Origin: Alphaproteobacteria bacterium
Lineage (GTDB): Bacteria > Pseudomonadota > Alphaproteobacteria > Puniceispirillales > Puniceispirillaceae
NCBI GenBank assembly: GCA_038151495.1
Contig: JAYOVO010000002.1
Coordinates: forward strand, 1-41,721
Length of the DNA stretch: 41,721 nt
Reading direction: 5' to 3'
The notes under the pieces are model-generated. The model made no database searches. It was not told where the DNA came from and saw only the letters and a list, made by a program, of their open reading frames with translations. The translations under genes and the position numbers were made by a program. Below, piece by piece: positions 37,598 through 41,721 of the stretch; position 1 is the first letter of the stretch; each line of letters begins with the position of its first letter.

Positions 37598-38791
37598 TTA
37601 TGAGGACATCCCGATCACTTTTGCCACTGCGGCGGCGAATGGTTCATGCCGGCCGCCTGACAGTCCGGCAATATTGATACGGCTGTCACCAACAACATAC
37701 ATCGCATGTTCATCACGCAACGCATCCACCTGTTCTGGGCCAAGACCAAGGCGCGAAAACATGCCGCGATGATGCGCAATGAAATCAAATTCATCAGAAT
37801 TGCATTGTTGGCGCAACGCATCTGCCAGATCGGTGCGGACTTTCAACATGGTGTGACGCATTTCGGTCAATTCAGCAATCCAGTCAGACCGCAATTCAGG
37901 GGTAGACAGAATCAACCCCACAACAGCCGCGCCATGATCCGGCGCAAAGGAATAATTCAACCTGTTCAATACGGCCAAATTACCTTGTGTTATTTCGGCA
38001 GTCTGGGCATCTTTTGCAATCATCATCGCCACCCCAACGCGGTCACGATACAGACCAAAATTTTTCGAACAAGACGCCGCAATACACATTTCAGGCACTT
38101 TTGAAGCCATATAACGAAGCGCTGCCGCATCTTCGTCCAAGCCGTCACCAAACCCCTGATAGGCAATGTCAACAAAAGGTATCACGCCTTTTTCAATCAC
38201 CAGATCAGTGATCGCCCGCCATGTGGCCATGTCAAGATTAGCGCCCGTTGGATTGTGGCAACAGCCATGCAACAACAACAAATCGCCTGCTTGCAATTCA
38301 TTGAATGCTTCCATCATCGCTGTGGTGTCGACCATTTTTGTGGCCGCATCAAAATAGGGATAGGCACGGGTTTTAAACCCCATATGTGTGGCCATTGCCA
38401 TATGTGACGGCCAGCTGGGGTTGCTGATCCAGATTGTACCATTCGGGTTCAGCATTTTCATTGTTTCAAACACCTGCCGGATCGCCCCGGTGCCGCCTGG
38501 TGTTTGCAAGGTTGCAACACGTTCAACCGCAACCGAATCAGCCAAGACCAGCTTGCGCATCTCATCGCGGAATAATTCCGACCCCGCCAACGCCACATAG
38601 GTTTTCGAGGTTTGTGTCTGATGCAGAATTGTTTCTGCCTGTTTCACCGCCCGTACGATTGGCGTATTGCCGCTGGCATCTTTGTAAACGCCAACGCCAA
38701 GGTCAATCTTACCATCGCGCGGATCGGCTTGAAACAACTTGCCAAGCCCCAGAATGGGGTCGGCTTTTGCAGGCTGGAATTTGTCTAACAT
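37598..38791 (-). CDS. tyrB: Aromatic/aspartate aminotransferase (class I, TyrB/AspC)
   Basis: DPILGL, KIDLGVGVYKD, QTPGGTGA, HGCCHNPTG, DIAYQGFG, SCSKNFGLYRDRVG, SRINIAG. Start reassigned to ATG 38791. Confidence 0.9.
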   Translation of the reverse strand: MLDKFQPAKADPILGLGKLFQADPRDGKIDLGVGVYKDASGNTPIVRAVKQAETILHQTQTSKTYVALAGSELFRDEMRKLVLADSVAVERVATLQTPGGTGAIRQVFETMKMLNPNGTIWISNPSWPSHMAMATHMGFKTRAYPYFDAATKMVDTTAMMEAFNELQAGDLLLLHGCCHNPTGANLDMATWRAITDLVIEKGVIPFVDIAYQGFGDGLDEDAAALRYMASKVPEMCIAASCSKNFGLYRDRVGVAMMIAKDAQTAEITQGNLAVLNRLNYSFAPDHGAAVVGLILSTPELRSDWIAELTEMRHTMLKVRTDLADALRQQCNSDEFDFIAHHRGMFSRLGLGPEQVDALRDEHAMYVVGDSRINIAGLSGGRHEPFAAAVAKVIGMSS

Positions 38792-38892
38792 GCGGGTCTC
38801 GTCAGGGAAGGAGAAATGTCTTTCATGTTTAGGGCAAATCATTGGGTAAAAGCAACGATTTTTCACATGACAGTATGGGCCACAATACCCGG

Positions 38893-40257
38893 TTAGCGGC
38901 GTGCCTCTGGGATTAATCCGCGCGGTGAAAAACGCAGCACCAGCAACAAAATAACACCCATTGTCATTAACCGTGTATGCGCCGCACTTTCCAGAAGATG
39001 CAGACGAAGCCAATGCGTTGGCGGCAATCCGGACGTCACCACATCCATTAACCATAGTCCTATTGGTTCTGCCTCAATCCAGAAAAACCAGATTAAAAAC
39101 CCGCCAAGAACCGCACCCCAATTATTGCCAGACCCGCCGGCAATCACCATCACCCAAATTAAAAAGGTAAACCGTAAAGGCTGATAGCTGGTTGGGGTAA
39201 ATTGCCCATCAAGCGTCACCATCATGGCCCCAGCCACACCAATCACTGCCGAGCCAAGCACAAACACCAAAAGATGCTGTTTGGTCACATTTTTGCCCAT
39301 TGCATTTGCCGCGGTTTCATTGTCGCGGATGGCGCGCATCATCCGCCCCCATGGCGACCGAAGGGCGGTTTCCGATAGCCACAAAACAGCCAGCAACACC
39401 ACTGTAAATAACAGGGCATAACAAATCTTTACCACCAAGGATGAGGCATCAACCAAAGGCAGATTAAGATGATCTGCAAAGGCAATAAACCAGCTATTGG
39501 CCTGCAAATCGACTTCATAGGGAACTGGCCGAGGTAAGCCATTTACATTTTTTACACCGCGCGACAGCCAGTCTTCAAATTTCAACACATAAATAATGAT
39601 TTCCGAGATGCCAAGTGTCGCAATCGCCAGATAATCAGCGCGCAATCCCAAAGATACTTTGCCAACGACCCATGCCGCCGCCGCGGCAAAAACGCCACCA
39701 ACAAACCAAGACAGGATAATTGGCAAGCCAAGCCCGCCAAGATAGCCTGTGCGTGCCGGGTCAACCGCTTCGATCGCCGCAATAGACGGGTCGGCCAGCG
39801 ACCGCATCAAAATATAGCCCGTCACAACAATTGCCGCAGTCGCCGCATAGCGCCACCGGCCCCAGCTTTGCCCCCGTCGCCAGACCATTATGCCAAGAAC
39901 CAGCGTCACAATACCCGTCGCCAGCCCCATCACAACGCCAAGACCGCCCGCGGCCCATGCCGCATCAACTGGCGGCATCGAAATCACCACGCCAGCCAGA
40001 CCACCAAGCGCGGCAAACCCCATCACCCCCACATTAAAAAGCCCGGCATAGCCCCATTGAATATTCACACCAAGCGCCATAATGGCCGAGATTAAACACA
40101 TGTTTAATATCGAAAAGGCCACATTCCAGCTTTGCAACAAGCCGACAATAACCAGCAAAGACGCCATGCCGGCAAACAACAAAATATTGCGCTGTGCGGG
40201 GGCCGTTTGCGCTGTCGATTTTGGGCCAGTGGCCGCGCTGTTGGAATGTTGTGTCAT
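38893..40257 (-). CDS. livM: Branched-chain amino acid ABC permease LivM
   Basis: LGVNIQWGYAGLFNVG, LRADYLAIATLG, SPWGRMMRAIRDNE.AA, GGSGNNWG. Confidence 0.9.
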   Translation of the reverse strand: MTQHSNSAATGPKSTAQTAPAQRNILLFAGMASLLVIVGLLQSWNVAFSILNMCLISAIMALGVNIQWGYAGLFNVGVMGFAALGGLAGVVISMPPVDAAWAAGGLGVVMGLATGIVTLVLGIMVWRRGQSWGRWRYAATAAIVVTGYILMRSLADPSIAAIEAVDPARTGYLGGLGLPIILSWFVGGVFAAAAAWVVGKVSLGLRADYLAIATLGISEIIIYVLKFEDWLSRGVKNVNGLPRPVPYEVDLQANSWFIAFADHLNLPLVDASSLVVKICYALLFTVVLLAVLWLSETALRSPWGRMMRAIRDNETAANAMGKNVTKQHLLVFVLGSAVIGVAGAMMVTLDGQFTPTSYQPLRFTFLIWVMVIAGGSGNNWGAVLGGFLIWFFWIEAEPIGLWLMDVVTSGLPPTHWLRLHLLESAAHTRLMTMGVILLLVLRFSPRGLIPEARR

Positions 40258-41267
40258 AATGTCTTCCCACTAAAAATACCGGTGGGTTTTACCAGCAGGA
40301 CGATCACCAAAATCATAAATGAGACGGCGAATTTATAATCTGTCGATAACAGCTGCAGCAATCCGTCACCCAACACACCATCACCAACCAGATAGGCGGC
40401 GACTTTTTTATAGGCAAAAGTGATCGCCAATTCAGAAAATGCAATCACAAAGCCGCCTGCAATCGCCCCTAGCGGGTTGCCCACACCGCCAACAATCGCA
40501 GAGGCAAAAATTGGCAATAGCAAATGCATATAAACAAGCGGCTTATAGCTTTTATCAAGACCATATAACGTCCCCGCAATCGTCGCCAAAACGGCGGTGA
40601 TAATCCAGGTGATCCGCACCACCCGGTCCGGGTCAATGCCAGATAACAGCGCCAGGTCTTCATTATCGGCGAAAGCCCGCATTGATTTGCCAGTGCGCGT
40701 ATAATTTAAAAACCAGAACACCAATCCAACAACAACAAAGGTTGTTAGCACGGTCACCCCTTGTGCGGTTTTGATGGCCAGCCCCTCGGCGAGTCCGGTA
40801 TTGGCCTTGAACGCGCTGGCTTTCATAATAAAGCGTTCACCATCGGCAAAATTGCGGTCTTTTGGCCCGATAATAAAACGAATAAGCCCGCCAATGATAA
40901 ACATCGTGCCAATCGATACGATCAGGTAAATCACCGGGCTGGCACGTTGTTGCCGGTAAAATTTATACACATATCGATCAAGCAAGAGACACAAGCCAAC
41001 AGCGCCCAAAATGCCAACTGGCAGGGCCAGCAAGGCAGTTGGCAAAGGTGAAATTGATATGCCGATATCTTGCAAGGCAAATGTCGCTAAAATCACCAGC
41101 ATTGTGCCAAAGGACATGATTTCACCATGACCAAAATTGGAAAAGCGTAGCACCGCATAAATCATTGTCACGCCCAACGCCCCAAGCGCCAGCTGGCTGC
41201 CATAGGCAAGGCCGGGTACGACAATATAATTACCGATTAAGACCAAAGCATTCAGCGCCGCATCCAT
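40254..41267 (-). CDS. livH: Branched-chain amino acid ABC permease LivH
   Basis: ALGVTMIYAVLRFSNFGHGE, TRTGKSMRA..DN.DLA.LSGI, GGVGNP.GA, VKPTGIF; 4-nt overlap with livM. Confidence 0.9.
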   Translation of the reverse strand: MDAALNALVLIGNYIVVPGLAYGSQLALGALGVTMIYAVLRFSNFGHGEIMSFGTMLVILATFALQDIGISISPLPTALLALPVGILGAVGLCLLLDRYVYKFYRQQRASPVIYLIVSIGTMFIIGGLIRFIIGPKDRNFADGERFIMKASAFKANTGLAEGLAIKTAQGVTVLTTFVVVGLVFWFLNYTRTGKSMRAFADNEDLALLSGIDPDRVVRITWIITAVLATIAGTLYGLDKSYKPLVYMHLLLPIFASAIVGGVGNPLGAIAGGFVIAFSELAITFAYKKVAAYLVGDGVLGDGLLQLLSTDYKFAVSFMILVIVLLVKPTGIFSGKTL

Positions 41268-41269
41268 CG

Positions 41270-41721
41270 TCAGCCTCCCAAAAAGGCCCGGCGCACATCC
41301 GGGTTCGCCAATAATGCGGCACCGGTGTCGGTGTAGCGGTTTTCACCCTGTACCAACACATAACCGCGATCAGCAATTGCCAGCGCCTGTTTCGCATTTT
41401 GTTCAACCATCAAAATCGCAATGCCGGTGCGCGCCACATCAATGATCCGGTCAAATAATTCATCCATCACGATTGGCGACACCCCAGCTGTCGGCTCGTC
41501 AAGCATTAACACTTTTGGCTGTGTCATTAGGGCCCGTCCCACCGCGACCTGCTGTCTTTGGCCGCCAGATAACTCACCGGCAGGCTGGGCCCGTTTTTCG
41601 CGCAGAACCGGAAATAAATTATAAATTTCTTCAATTGTGTCGGCAAAATCATCGTCGCGGATAAACCCGCCCATTTCCAGATTTTCTTCCACAGTCATCG
41701 AAGTGAACACATTTTGTGTTT
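41270..41721 (-). CDS. livF: Branched-chain amino acid ABC ATPase LivF (5' end outside window)
   Basis: MTVEENLEMG, LSGGQRQ, LDEPTAG.SP, VEQNA, RAFLGG; the frame stays open to the window edge. Confidence 0.92.
   Translation of the reverse strand, partial: TQNVFTSMTVEENLEMGGFIRDDDFADTIEEIYNLFPVLREKRAQPAGELSGGQRQQVAVGRALMTQPKVLMLDEPTAGVSPIVMDELFDRIIDVARTGIAILMVEQNAKQALAIADRGYVLVQGENRYTDTGAALLANPDVRRAFLGG

Noticed and set aside
38792-39055. Long N-terminal extensions in the ORF track (tyrB to 39055, DMT to 34782, msrA to 807, SBP to 22796, ureohydrolase to 25269)
   Set aside because: They overlap upstream genes or precede a clear RBS plus ATG; family similarity begins at the downstream ATG.
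1-41721. tRNA, rRNA, IS/integrase, prophage or defence genes
   Set aside because: No such signatures seen; nearly all sequence is explained by metabolic CDS and intergenic gaps are about 300 nt or less.

Overview
A gene-dense 41.7-kb chromosomal segment with about 40 CDS and several 1-15 nt gaps or overlaps. It looks like a marine heterotrophic alphaproteobacterium; SAR116/Puniceispirillaceae-like is my inference from protein style and gene content, not a verified assignment. I see no rRNA, tRNA, CRISPR array, mobile element or transcription-factor gene. Content in order: msrA, pgk, a GT9 glycosyltransferase, a DUF6165-like protein, azlCD, phhB, a flavodoxin-like protein, PCuAC, an FMN alpha-hydroxy-acid oxidase, a stand-alone ccmE and a DMT. 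Next is a tightly coupled four-gene catabolic cassette (aldehyde dehydrogenase, atypical M19 'membrane dipeptidase', 566-aa protein with no recognisable domain, DUF3726-like protein), which is the best candidate for an uncharacterised system. A long minus-strand run follows (ureohydrolase, Pot-type ABC transporter whose binding protein looks like an omega-amino-acid binder, FixR-like SDR, class III aminotransferase, DMT, ALDH). Then come a diaminopropionate ammonia-lyase + M24 hydrolase pair, lldD, fbpAB with a Fur-like box divergent from a TerC/YjbE gene, a DUF1932-type oxidoreductase, and livFHM-tyrB-ThDP enzyme-MalY-DMT. Product calls rest on motifs read by eye and on recall of protein families; no database search was run.
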